The translations under genes were made by a program, and so were the position numbers. Shown here piece after piece: positions 49,529-59,675 of a stretch of 64,000 nt of DNA. Position 1 is the stretch's first letter, and every line of letters begins with the position of its first letter. The stretch lies in the NCBI GenBank assembly GCA_000146045.2, contig BK006949.2, positions 608,001 to 672,000 on the forward strand, read 5' to 3'. Source of the DNA: TPA_inf: Saccharomyces. Lineage: Eukaryota. Below the pieces are notes generated by a model. The model was given only the letters and a program-made list of their open reading frames with translations. It did no database searches and was not told the origin of the DNA.

Positions 49529-50938
49529 ATGTTTCTCAATAGAATGATGAAGACCAGGACTGGTCTTTATCGCTTATATTCAACCCTTAAAGTTCCACAT
49601 GTAGAAATCAATGGCATAAAATACAAGACCGACCCACAGACTACCAATGTTACAGATTCAATAATAAAGCTTACCGACAGATCATTACATTTGAAAGAAT
49701 CACATCCAGTAGGCATTCTTCGCGATCTAATTGAAAAGAAATTAAACTCAGTCGACAACACATTTAAGATCTTTAATAATTTCAAGCCCGTGGTAACCAC
49801 AATGGAAAACTTCGATTCTTTAGGGTTTCCTAAGGATCATCCTGGAAGATCAAAATCTGACACATATTATATAAATGAGACGCACCTACTGAGAACACAT
49901 ACTTCAGCCCACGAATTAGAGTGCTTTCAAAAAATAAGAAACGATTCAGATAATATTAAAAGTGGATTTTTAATATCTGCAGATGTGTACAGAAGAGATG
50001 AAATTGACAAAACTCACTATCCGGTATTCCACCAAATGGAAGGAGCCACAATTTGGAAACGAACGAAGGCTGATGTGGGCGTAAAGGAGCCAATGTATAT
50101 CGAGAAAATCCGTGAAGATATCAGACAGGTAGAGAACCTTTTAAATAAAGAAAATGTAAAGATTACGGTTGACGATGATACTATACCTTTGAAAGAAAAT
50201 AATCCTAAACAAGAGTATATGTCCGATCTGGAGGTTGATTTGTGCTCTCAACATTTGAAGAGGTCCATTGAACTGATAGTTTCTGAAGTTTTTAACAAAA
50301 AAATATCTAGCATGATCAAGAACAAAGCGAATAATACACCCAAAGAGCTAAAAGTCCGTTGGATTAACGCTTACTTCCCCTGGACCGCGCCCTCATGGGA
50401 AATAGAGGTTTGGTGGCAGGGCGAATGGCTCGAACTCTGCGGATGCGGATTGATTCGTCAAGATGTGCTACTAAGAGCCGGATATAAACCTTCTGAAACA
50501 ATTGGGTGGGCTTTTGGCTTGGGTTTGGACCGCATTGCTATGCTTCTTTTTGAAATTCCAGATATTAGACTGCTTTGGAGTCGTGATGAAAGATTTTCAA
50601 GACAATTCTCCAAGGGATTAATTACTTCCTTCAAACCTTATTCAAAACACCCGGGATCATTTAGGGATGTTGCGTTTTGGTTACCAGAAGATAAACCAGA
50701 TATTCATCAAGTTCATGAAAATGATTTGATGGAAATTATCAGAAATATAGCTGGCGATTTGGTAGAGAGTGTCAAGCTAGTCGATAGCTTTACGCATCCG
50801 AAAACTGGGAGAAAATCTATGTGCTACAGGATCAACTATCAATCAATGGACAGAAATTTGACAAACGCCGAAGTTAACACTTTGCAAGACATGGTGTGTT
50901 CTAAATTGGTAAAAGAATACAGCGTAGAACTCAGATAG
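49529..50938 (+). CDS. MSF1: Msf1, mitochondrial phenylalanyl-tRNA synthetase (monomeric alpha-type, 469 aa). The ORF extends 5 codons upstream to 49514.
   Basis: Class II aaRS catalytic core and a C-terminal FDX-ACB anticodon-binding domain. Starts MFLNRMMKTRTGLYRLYSTLKVP (mitochondrial presequence) at the second ATG, giving the known 469 aa. Confidence 0.92.
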   Translation: MFLNRMMKTRTGLYRLYSTLKVPHVEINGIKYKTDPQTTNVTDSIIKLTDRSLHLKESHPVGILRDLIEKKLNSVDNTFKIFNNFKPVVTTMENFDSLGFPKDHPGRSKSDTYYINETHLLRTHTSAHELECFQKIRNDSDNIKSGFLISADVYRRDEIDKTHYPVFHQMEGATIWKRTKADVGVKEPMYIEKIREDIRQVENLLNKENVKITVDDDTIPLKENNPKQEYMSDLEVDLCSQHLKRSIELIVSEVFNKKISSMIKNKANNTPKELKVRWINAYFPWTAPSWEIEVWWQGEWLELCGCGLIRQDVLLRAGYKPSETIGWAFGLGLDRIAMLLFEIPDIRLLWSRDERFSRQFSKGLITSFKPYSKHPGSFRDVAFWLPEDKPDIHQVHENDLMEIIRNIAGDLVESVKLVDSFTHPKTGRKSMCYRINYQSMDRNLTNAEVNTLQDMVCSKLVKEYSVELR

Positions 50939-51181
50939 GGATACGGACTCAAACTAGTTGCAGGTGTTTTACCGCAGCTGTATATATCTTGTAAATACTT
51001 TGTCAGGTTCTTTGTATCACTTCAATCTATGTTCATCTATCTATCTGTTTTTCTTAATTACTAAGCATTTGCGGCAATGCGATGACTACATAAAAAAAAA
51101 AAATTCGAAAAATTTCATGAGCCTTATTAACATGAAGATTCTAGTCAACAGTAGGCCATCTGTGTTTCCATTAATCGCTGC

Positions 51182-53053
51182 ATGTCATCGAGCAAGAAAA
51201 TCGTCATCCTCTATGGATCGGAGACAGGTAACGCGCATGATTTTGCTACAATCTTATCCCATCGACTACATCGCTGGCATTTCTCCCATACATTTTGCTC
51301 CATTGGTGATTATGACCCACAGGATATCTTGAAATGCAGGTACCTTTTTATTATATGCTCCACAACAGGCCAAGGTGAATTACCAAGGAATGTCAATGCA
51401 TTAAAAGGTGAAAGACCCGTCACGTTCTGGTCGTTTTTAAAGAGAAAGAATCTTCCGTCGAATTTGCTCAACCATATTCAAACTGCCATGCTTGGACTTG
51501 GTGATTCATCTTATCCTAAGTTTAACTACGGCATTAGAAAGCTACATCAGCGCATTGTCACACAATTGGGTGCTAATGAATTATTCGATAGATTGGAGGC
51601 TGACGACCAGGCTATGGCTGGTAGCAATAAGGGTACAGGTCTCGGAATTGAATCAGTATATTTTGAATATGAAAAGAAAGTCCTAAGCTTTCTTTTAAGT
51701 AAGTACCCCAACAGAAAGGTCAATGGCCAAATAATTAAGAGGGAAGAATTGGACCCTGAGGTTTACCTAGAGCCAGCATCCTACCTACAGCTTTCAGACG
51801 AACATGCCAATGAAAAGTTCACTAGCACCAAGGTTATATTCGAAGGTGATGAATCGTTAAAGGTTGGCAGAGTTAATATAAACAAAAGGATTACATCTGA
51901 AGGTCATTTCCAAGACGTGAGGCAGTTCAAGTTTAGTAATGTGGACAAGATTCAAGAAAACTATGAACCCGGTGATACAGTAACCATATATCCTTGCAAT
52001 ACAGATGAGGATGTTTCAAGATTCCTAGCAAATCAAAGCCATTGGTTAGAAATTGCGGACAAACCATTGAATTTCACCAGTGGAGTTCCTAATGATCTTA
52101 AGGATGGTGGATTAGTTCGCCCGATGACTTTAAGGAACTTGTTGAAATATCACTGTGATTTCATGAGCATTCCTAGAACAAGTTTTTTCTTGAAGATTTG
52201 GACCTTTGCAACTGATGTAACTAAGATGGAACGTGGCCAAGAACAACTGAATGATCAAAGAGAAAAATTGCGCCAATTTGCTACTGATCAAGATATGCAG
52301 GACTTATATGACTACTGTAATAGACCCAGAAGGTCAATTCTTGAAGTACTGGAAGATTTTATCTCCGTAAAGTTGCCCTGGAAATATGTGCTAGATTACT
52401 TGCCCATCATTAAACCAAGGTACTACTCTATATCTAGCGGCCCTGGGGATCCTAATATTGAATTAACAGTTGCGATAGTAAAATATAAAACTATCTTAAG
52501 GAAAATTCGAAGAGGAATTTGCACTAACTACATTGCACGATTGCAAGAGGGGGAACAGATAAGGTATAAGTTACAAAATAATCACATAATCAAAAAGGAA
52601 TTTTTGAATAAACCTATGATTCTTGTCGGACCGGGTGTCGGTCTAGCACCATTATTATCAGTGGTTAAAGCGGAGATATCTAAAGATATCAAACTCCTCT
52701 TCGGTTGTAGATATAAAGATAAAGATTATATTTATAAAGATATGCTGGAAGATTGGTTCCGTAAGGGCAAAATTGCCTTACATTCATCCTTTTCCAGAGA
52801 TGAGGAAAATTCACCAGGTGTTAAATATGTCCAAGACTACTTATGGAGATTAGGTGAGGAAATAACTAATTTGGTAGTTAATAAAGACGCCGTTTTTTTC
52901 TTATGTGGCTCATCAGGTAAAATGCCTATCCAAGTCAGATTAACATTCATTGAAATGTTAAAAAAATGGGGCAATTTTAGTGATGAAGAAACTGCCAAAA
53001 AATACCTGAAAGAAATGGAAAAATCTGATAGATATATCCAGGAAACTTGGTAG
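51182..53053 (+). CDS. TAH18: Tah18, diflavin (FMN/FAD-NADPH) reductase of the cytosolic Fe-S assembly pathway (623 aa)
   Basis: N-terminal flavodoxin domain (IVILYGSETGNAHDFA), C-terminal FAD/NADPH ferredoxin-reductase domain (RYYSISSGP, GPGVGLAP). Confidence 0.93.
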   Translation: MSSSKKIVILYGSETGNAHDFATILSHRLHRWHFSHTFCSIGDYDPQDILKCRYLFIICSTTGQGELPRNVNALKGERPVTFWSFLKRKNLPSNLLNHIQTAMLGLGDSSYPKFNYGIRKLHQRIVTQLGANELFDRLEADDQAMAGSNKGTGLGIESVYFEYEKKVLSFLLSKYPNRKVNGQIIKREELDPEVYLEPASYLQLSDEHANEKFTSTKVIFEGDESLKVGRVNINKRITSEGHFQDVRQFKFSNVDKIQENYEPGDTVTIYPCNTDEDVSRFLANQSHWLEIADKPLNFTSGVPNDLKDGGLVRPMTLRNLLKYHCDFMSIPRTSFFLKIWTFATDVTKMERGQEQLNDQREKLRQFATDQDMQDLYDYCNRPRRSILEVLEDFISVKLPWKYVLDYLPIIKPRYYSISSGPGDPNIELTVAIVKYKTILRKIRRGICTNYIARLQEGEQIRYKLQNNHIIKKEFLNKPMILVGPGVGLAPLLSVVKAEISKDIKLLFGCRYKDKDYIYKDMLEDWFRKGKIALHSSFSRDEENSPGVKYVQDYLWRLGEEITNLVVNKDAVFFLCGSSGKMPIQVRLTFIEMLKKWGNFSDEETAKKYLKEMEKSDRYIQETW

Positions 53054-53136
53054 TCGATAACAAGACTTATCGCATTATAATGTTAAATAGATACATAATT
53101 AAAATCTTGTCATTTGTGACAAACGTTTAGCACTGT

Positions 53137-56100
53137 TCAAACTCCCTGGTATGAAACCACAACCGCAGTGACCTGAAACCAAACTGAGCCCTTTGGTAGT
53201 CTAAATGGATTATTAGAGGGGCTATCTGCTACGAAATGTTCCAAAGTGACAATTCTGCCTACAAACCATTCTTTCCCCTTCGTCAATCCTTTTTCGTCCT
53301 TTAAAAAATATCTTGTGCTTTCTTCAAAAGCTGTAAATGCAGCCCAAGGCCTCATCAGTTTATTCTTGTCCCTGCCAGATATACTGGCTTGATTGATTAC
53401 ATTACTATGTATCACCGAGGGAGACGATTGTATAGACATAGCATCCAAAGGCGGTGGAGTTGATAAATCAACAGATGAAAATGATGAGCTCAATGATGAG
53501 GTGGAAGACGACATAGACCCGACAGAATTAACGTTTTCTCGTGTTGGCAAAAATAATGCTAAATCGCCAATTTGAAAGTTCCTCAAAGTCACCTTTTCCC
53601 TTTGGAATCTCTCCAATAGCGTTCTCTTGATCTTATTTTCTTTAGTTAATTTTTTGGCCAAGGTCTCAATATCCTTGAATCTCCTGATAACGGCAACTTC
53701 ATAAAGCTTATTGTCATATAATTGAGTGATATTCCCCAGAAAAATGCTTTGCTGTGTATCCTTTTCAGATCCATTGGCAACTGACTTTATTAATTCATAC
53801 TCATCTTTCAATTTCTGGAAAACCGGACTTTTTATTAGAGAATTATCATGTGCGTCCAGCATTTGTGTGCTTTCATCCAGTATATTACTTTGGGCGGTTC
53901 CCTTTTTCAATCCCTTGACTCGTCTAATTTGGATGTTATTATTATTGTCGAAGGTTAACAGCAACCCAATGTTCTCCAAAATGAAAATATTTGTCGATAT
54001 TATATCAAATATTCTATCTTGCAGAGTCTGTGTGTATGCAGATATCTGGTTTTCCCTACCTGGGTCCTCAGCAAGAGGAATGGTTTCGAATTTCTCACCT
54101 TTTTCCATCGAGCTTGAGTTAGTCTCAGCGTAACTTTTCTCTGAAGTCACAATTTGTTTACCGAGCCTTTCAATATCAGCCTTCAACAAATTGACCTCTT
54201 GTTCATGCTTCTTATTAGATTCATCCAGATCCATTTGCAATCGTTCCCTCGATTTGCTAACATCATCATAGTCACCTGTTAGCTTTTCTATCTTTTCATT
54301 GTCTTGGCTAATTATATCATTCAATTGCTTTTTGAAAGAGGCATTGAGGGTAAAAATTTCAGTTCTATGCGATTGTTCTTCATTAGTTAACCTTGCCAAT
54401 TCTTGATTCAAATTAGTCAAAGTTTCGCGATAAGCTGTCTTCTCCACCTCTAGATCACTTATTTTTTTCCCCATTTCCGAAATTTGCATTGATTTTCGAT
54501 TATTTTCTTCTTTCAATAGTTGAAGTTGGTGTAATAGATCATCCACATTACTCTCTAACTCTTGAATTTGATGATTATTAGCTTGCGAAACACTATCAAT
54601 GTTCACTTCAGAAATATTGGCAGGCTCTAGTAATACAGATGCTCCCAGGAATTTCTTCTTGTTTATACTCGTAGCAGAACCACGAAATGGCTTAAGATGG
54701 GTATTGAGAACACCTTGAGGCCAATGGCCTATGTCGGAATATTGAAACTCATGTAATAGCGATTCTAATTTTTTTATTCTTGTTTTGTATCCTTTGACTA
54801 CATCATCACTTTTCAAGGCAATAGACCCTTCAGGGGAAATGCTATTGCCATTAGAACTATTATTGTTATTATTTTTGAAATTGGAATATATTATATGAAA
54901 TCTCTTCGTCTCAAAAAGTGTTTTCGAAAGTAGATCAATGATCGGTTCAGAAACATCTGTTTCTTTAATTTGCGTCATATAATTATCAATGGCTTGCGAT
55001 ACTTTTACCAGGTCTTGGCGGTAATTTGCTATAGAATTCTCATTTTCATCTTCCTCATCTTCATTTGGTGGAGAAGTATGAGAGTGATATTCGTTTAGAC
55101 GTTTGAAATCAGAGGAAGACAATAGATCTTCGCAAAAAACAGTCGCGATGGAACCGAAATTTTTAACCCATTTATTTCTTGTTCGTAATTCATTTTGTTT
55201 GAACAACTCTAAATCTTGATTAAAATTTGAGATAAATGACAAAATTTGTTGGAACCATGATAGCCTACGATATTTTTCGATTAAATAAAGCCCATATATC
55301 AGAGGCAAATCTTCTACCTGTGCAAATTCTACCTCATATTTCTTGTATAGCTCTAAATCTTTATTACATTCATTCAATAATAGTCTTTTAATACCTAGGA
55401 TTTCCATCTGGGTGAATGCTATGTTACCCAAAATGGCTACTGCATGCTTTTGTAGACTTTTTTTTAAATCTATTAGTTCTCCTATTTGTGAATACAGCGC
55501 TTGTGATATAGTGAAGAGAGTTTTCACTGATTCTTTTTTATCCTTTTCCAACATCACATTCATGCTTTTCAAAAATTCTTGACTATTGAATTCTTCTTCT
55601 TCTTTATCAAGTACATTTCTGCTTCTTGTTCGCATTTCTGATACCAGTACCTCAAAGCTCTCTGCCATTTGGTCTTCAAGCTCGAATTTAGATTCATTCG
55701 GGGTAAACATTTGCCGCAGTCGATCGATGTTTACTGTTATAATATCTCTAAAACTTGCATTTTCGTCAATTTCCCTCTTAATTTTATTCAGCTTACCATT
55801 GATTGAATGATTTAGAATCTTTACAGATTTTTCGTTCTCCAGGAGAGATTCAATATTAATGAACTTTTGTAAAGAATCACCCTCTAAAGCAGTCAACTTA
55901 CTCAAGGTGTCATTGAAGCATTTTTCCCATTTTGAAGTCATACCATTGTCTACCAGCTGATTTAAAAATTGAACGTTTGAGTTATACAAACTTTCTACAT
56001 CAAAGCAGTACAGCTTCAAATATTGTGAGCAAACGGTTAAGCCATCAAAAATACGCTTAATATGGGCTATTATGTCTGGTATGAGGCTCTTAAAATAATG

Positions 56101-56673
56101 TACATCTATTTCTAAAGCGCTTAGCCAACCAAGGTTCGTCGTCAGTAAGCTAGTTACGGAATGGTAATTTAAACGCGAAAGATCTACGTCTGCGTCCTCC
56201 AAAGGCGAGGGCATAGGCTTGATCATAATAGTATCGCTACCTTGGTATTGAGATATATGACTATTCTTAATTAAATATTCCAGAGTCTCTGTCAAGTCGT
56301 TGGAATTAGGGGAGTTCATGGGATTAGAATCCTTAGACGTTAAAAGATTTGTTGGTGTCGGTTTACTAACAAGTGAGAATAGTCGTCTGTCGTAAACGTA
56401 AAAATCATTTAGAGTAAAAGACCTATTAATAAGCAGCTCTTTAAACATCGACGGTTTTAGTTTGTTACCATAAGGTAGTAGAATCAGCAGCTGATCGGGA
56501 GGAATCTTCCATTTCCTAGCAATGAACTGTTTAAATTTGTCCAGGGAAACGAAAAAATCAACATTCGTAGTTATACATTCTCCAGATATTGCATTTATGA
56601 TAGTGGCTGTTGTCTGCAGTGGTGTTATTTCTTGCTGGGTAGGTGCAGTGCTATATTCATCAGCGTCTGCCAT
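53137..56673 (-). CDS. ATG11: Atg11, coiled-coil scaffold for selective autophagy/Cvt (1178 aa). The ORF continues 37 codons upstream to 56784.
   Basis: The long coiled-coil protein begins [22 protein letters not shown] at the internal ATG, and the length then equals the known 1178 aa. The upstream in-frame extension encodes a hydrophobic peptide and is presumably 5' UTR. Confidence 0.9.
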   Translation of the reverse strand: MADADEYSTAPTQQEITPLQTTATIINAISGECITTNVDFFVSLDKFKQFIARKWKIPPDQLLILLPYGNKLKPSMFKELLINRSFTLNDFYVYDRRLFSLVSKPTPTNLLTSKDSNPMNSPNSNDLTETLEYLIKNSHISQYQGSDTIMIKPMPSPLEDADVDLSRLNYHSVTSLLTTNLGWLSALEIDVHYFKSLIPDIIAHIKRIFDGLTVCSQYLKLYCFDVESLYNSNVQFLNQLVDNGMTSKWEKCFNDTLSKLTALEGDSLQKFINIESLLENEKSVKILNHSINGKLNKIKREIDENASFRDIITVNIDRLRQMFTPNESKFELEDQMAESFEVLVSEMRTRSRNVLDKEEEEFNSQEFLKSMNVMLEKDKKESVKTLFTISQALYSQIGELIDLKKSLQKHAVAILGNIAFTQMEILGIKRLLLNECNKDLELYKKYEVEFAQVEDLPLIYGLYLIEKYRRLSWFQQILSFISNFNQDLELFKQNELRTRNKWVKNFGSIATVFCEDLLSSSDFKRLNEYHSHTSPPNEDEEDENENSIANYRQDLVKVSQAIDNYMTQIKETDVSEPIIDLLSKTLFETKRFHIIYSNFKNNNNNSSNGNSISPEGSIALKSDDVVKGYKTRIKKLESLLHEFQYSDIGHWPQGVLNTHLKPFRGSATSINKKKFLGASVLLEPANISEVNIDSVSQANNHQIQELESNVDDLLHQLQLLKEENNRKSMQISEMGKKISDLEVEKTAYRETLTNLNQELARLTNEEQSHRTEIFTLNASFKKQLNDIISQDNEKIEKLTGDYDDVSKSRERLQMDLDESNKKHEQEVNLLKADIERLGKQIVTSEKSYAETNSSSMEKGEKFETIPLAEDPGRENQISAYTQTLQDRIFDIISTNIFILENIGLLLTFDNNNNIQIRRVKGLKKGTAQSNILDESTQMLDAHDNSLIKSPVFQKLKDEYELIKSVANGSEKDTQQSIFLGNITQLYDNKLYEVAVIRRFKDIETLAKKLTKENKIKRTLLERFQREKVTLRNFQIGDLALFLPTRENVNSVGSMSSSTSSLSSSFSSVDLSTPPPLDAMSIQSSPSVIHSNVINQASISGRDKNKLMRPWAAFTAFEESTRYFLKDEKGLTKGKEWFVGRIVTLEHFVADSPSNNPFRLPKGSVWFQVTAVVVSYQGV

Positions 56674-56959
56674 GATGTATAAAAGAAAATAAAAGAAGTA
56701 CTTTCCGAACAACAACAGTACACTAAAATAATCGTTGTTCAAAGGAGGACTACTTTGGTTCTGATTTGAGAAAATGGTACTCAAATAAGGGCATCGCTAT
56801 TATATAGTTCCATTCCTACCAAGAAACCGGGTAGCCAAAAGCGATAAAAAGGCTCTCCATGGCAAGCCTTATTAAAAATAATAATCATGAAGAACAAAGT
56901 TTCACAAGAGATTACAAGATAAAAAAGCCACTACTACAGAAAAGGCGTTGGGTCAGGAC

Positions 56960-57490
56960 ATGGAAATAGTGTACAAGCCATTGGACATACGTAACGAAGA
57001 GCAGTTTGCTAGTATTAAAAAACTAATAGATGCGGATCTATCAGAGCCGTACTCGATATACGTATATAGGTATTTCTTGAACCAATGGCCCGAGTTAACG
57101 TACATTGCCGTTGACAACAAGAGTGGAACGCCTAACATACCCATTGGTTGCATAGTGTGTAAGATGGACCCGCATAGAAACGTGAGACTGAGAGGATATA
57201 TAGGAATGCTAGCCGTAGAGTCCACATACCGCGGGCATGGCATAGCAAAGAAACTAGTGGAAATTGCCATAGATAAAATGCAAAGGGAACATTGCGATGA
57301 GATCATGTTAGAAACAGAGGTGGAAAATTCGGCGGCTCTAAACTTATATGAAGGAATGGGTTTCATCAGAATGAAACGGATGTTCCGCTACTACTTGAAT
57401 GAAGGGGACGCCTTTAAACTGATATTGCCGTTGACTGAAAAGAGCTGCACTCGGTCTACGTTCCTAATGCATGGCCGGCTGGCCACATAA
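56960..57490 (+). CDS. MAK3: Mak3, catalytic subunit (Naa30) of the NatC N-terminal acetyltransferase (176 aa)
   Basis: GNAT fold with the acetyl-CoA motif RGHGIAKKLV. Starts MEIVYKPLDIRNEEQF four codons into the ORF, giving 176 aa. Confidence 0.9.
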   Translation: MEIVYKPLDIRNEEQFASIKKLIDADLSEPYSIYVYRYFLNQWPELTYIAVDNKSGTPNIPIGCIVCKMDPHRNVRLRGYIGMLAVESTYRGHGIAKKLVEIAIDKMQREHCDEIMLETEVENSAALNLYEGMGFIRMKRMFRYYLNEGDAFKLILPLTEKSCTRSTFLMHGRLAT

Positions 57491-57692
57491 AAGGAAAAAC
57501 ACTCGATGATGATAAAATATATATTAATAATACAATTTTTTTATTTATTTATTTAATCATATGTATAGATATAGAAAAAGGGCAGTAGAGAAAAGAGGAA
57601 TAGAAAGGAGAGAGATAATAAAGCAAGTTTCAAAAAGAACAAGAGGAAAAGAAATTAAATCACACAGACAAAAACGCGGGGAGGAAGTATCC

Positions 57693-57974
57693 CTAAGCCA
57701 AAGTGGCGTTATATAACTCCTTTTCGGATTCATATCTCTTCTTATCGGCCTGGGCCTTGGCCTCGTAAGGCTGCTTTTCCTCTGGCGTTAGAGCCTTCCA
57801 CTTCTCACCCAACTTCTTGCCGACTTGTCCAAATGTGATATCTGGATTTTCAGAACGAACAATATCTCTGTTTTCGTTAGCGAAAAACATGTAGGCGGAC
57901 AAAGCCCTCTTAGGGGCATTTGGGTCCTTCTTCTTTCTAGTGGTTCTCTTCTTAGGTTCTCTTGGGGTGACCAT
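57693..57974 (-). CDS. NHP6A: Nhp6A, HMGB-family non-histone chromatin protein (93 aa)
   Basis: [93 protein letters not shown] is the Nhp6A sequence. Confidence 0.96.
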
Positions 57975-58128
57975 TGCGACTGTGCTTTACTATGTATAGG
58001 GTAGTCAATTGAGCAAAAACAGGAAAAAAACACGTCCCAAAACAGTCCTTCTTTAACAGTCGGTACCAGTAATAAATACTGTGTTGTTTGTTTGCCCACC
58101 GCTAAATAAACGAACGGCGAAAAAAATA

Positions 58129-58134
58129 GGCGGC
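58129..58134 (+). promoter_or_regulatory. URS1-like core GGCGGC (Ume6 site) in the SMK1 promoter
   Basis: aaaaatagGGCGGCaaaagg about 150 bp upstream of the SMK1 ATG. Confidence 0.45.
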
Positions 58135-58200
58135 AAAAGGCGGGTGATTCGAAAAGTATCGCGCGCGACGAGGCGTGAGGGTAGAATTCGGCGCCACTAA

Positions 58201-58209
58201 TTTGTGACA
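58201..58209 (-). promoter_or_regulatory. MSE (GTCACAAA on the minus strand) in the SMK1 promoter
   Basis: The plus strand reads tttgtgaca about 75 bp upstream of the SMK1 ATG, matching the gNCRCAAAW middle sporulation element. SMK1 is a middle sporulation gene. Confidence 0.5.
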
Positions 58210-58279
58210 CTTGAACAGTATTTAACGTCGTGCGATACATCATATCGATAGAAATGTAGACGTGCTCAACGCTCCAAGA

Positions 58280-59446
58280 ATGAATTGCACACTTACAGAT
58301 AATACCAGAGCCATAAATGTGGCCTCCAACCTCGGTGCTCCTCAACAGAGGACGATTTTTGCCAAGGAGAGAATATCCATCCCAGGATACTACGAGATAA
58401 TCCAATTCCTGGGCAAGGGAGCCTATGGGACAGTGTGCTCAGTGAAGTTTAAGGGTCGAAGCCCAGCTGCTAGGATAGCGGTAAAGAAGATCAGCAACAT
58501 CTTTAATAAGGAGATCCTTTTGAAAAGGGCCATCCGTGAGCTAAAATTCATGAACTTCTTCAAGGGCCATAAAAATATTGTAAATCTAATCGATCTAGAG
58601 ATAGTGACCAGCTCGCCCTATGACGGACTGTATTGCTACCAGGAACTGATTGATTATGATTTGGCAAAAGTCATACATTCGTCCGTGCAGCTCTCGGAGT
58701 TTCATATCAAATACTTTCTTTACCAAATCCTGTGTGGGCTAAAGTACATACACAGTGCAGATGTCATCCACCGAGATTTGAAGCCTGGGAACATATTGTG
58801 CACATTGAATGGCTGTTTGAAGATCTGCGATTTTGGTCTCGCTAGGGGTATTCATGCCGGATTTTTCAAGTGTCATTCCACTGTGCAGCCCCATATAACC
58901 AACTACGTTGCTACAAGATGGTATAGGGCGCCTGAGCTGCTTCTTTCCAACCAACCGTATAGTAAGTCCGTAGACATATGGGCTGTAGGGTGCATTCTTG
59001 CAGAATTCTATGCTCGAAAGCCTGTTTTCATGGGGCGTGACTCCATGCACCAGATATTTGAAATCATCAAAGTCTTGGGTACTCCTGATAAAGATATTCT
59101 GATCAAGTTTGGCACCATTAAAGCTTGGAATCTAGGCAAAAACAGTAATAACCCTGTATATAAAAAAATCCCATGGTCCAACATTTTCCCCTTTGCCTCG
59201 CATGAAGCAATCAATCTCATAGAGTCATTACTTCATTGGGACTCAACACATAGGTTAAACGTGGAACAAGCTATATCACATCCGTTCCTAAACGAGGTGC
59301 GGAAGCCAGACGACGAGCCTGTTTGCCTTCAGGGTCCTTTCGACTTCACCTATGAATCCGAGTTGAATTCAATGTCCAAATTAAGAGACTACTTGGTTGA
59401 AGAAGTGAAAAATTTCAAAACCGATTTGTCCTCCTCGTCTTTATAG
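58280..59446 (+). CDS. SMK1: Smk1, sporulation-specific MAP kinase (388 aa). The ORF extends 6 codons upstream to 58262.
   Basis: Protein kinase subdomains (GKGAYGTVC, HRDLKPGN, DFGLAR) and a T-N-Y activation loop (TNYVATRWYRAPE). Starts MNCTLTDNTRAINV at the internal ATG. Confidence 0.93.
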   Translation: MNCTLTDNTRAINVASNLGAPQQRTIFAKERISIPGYYEIIQFLGKGAYGTVCSVKFKGRSPAARIAVKKISNIFNKEILLKRAIRELKFMNFFKGHKNIVNLIDLEIVTSSPYDGLYCYQELIDYDLAKVIHSSVQLSEFHIKYFLYQILCGLKYIHSADVIHRDLKPGNILCTLNGCLKICDFGLARGIHAGFFKCHSTVQPHITNYVATRWYRAPELLLSNQPYSKSVDIWAVGCILAEFYARKPVFMGRDSMHQIFEIIKVLGTPDKDILIKFGTIKAWNLGKNSNNPVYKKIPWSNIFPFASHEAINLIESLLHWDSTHRLNVEQAISHPFLNEVRKPDDEPVCLQGPFDFTYESELNSMSKLRDYLVEEVKNFKTDLSSSSL

Positions 59447-59675
59447 TAACCACTACACAAATAGGTATATCATGAAGTTATATTCTGACCGTAACAATTC
59501 TTCTTTCTTTGACGTAAACTTTATGGCGGGTAACGCTCAAATAGTTTCTTGTTAACCATTTCAAATAACAATAAGTATACAACTAAACAAAGTCTGCTAC
59601 TTGTTAAATATAGGAGTATAAACAAGATAAGCTTGCTACTTTTTCAGCACAACCGCCACCTCTCGATTGCATACA

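Noticed and set aside
53137-56784. Longer N-terminal versions of ATG11 (+37 codons), EAF3 (+14), SMK1 (+6), MSF1 (+5), MAK3 (+4) and SEC8 (+3)
   Set aside because: Known protein lengths (1178, 401, 388, 469, 176 and 1065 aa) match the internal ATGs. The ATG11 extension would add an odd hydrophobic peptide ([15 protein letters not shown]). Ribosome profiling would settle usage.
56953-57366. 137-aa minus-strand ORF opposite MAK3
   Set aside because: Fully antisense to the conserved GNAT domain of MAK3. It is a dubious ORF (YPR050C).
57788-58405. 205-aa minus-strand ORF spanning NHP6A and the SMK1 promoter and start
   Set aside because: It overlaps two verified genes and a promoter, and has no domain. 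It is a dubious ORF (YPR053C).
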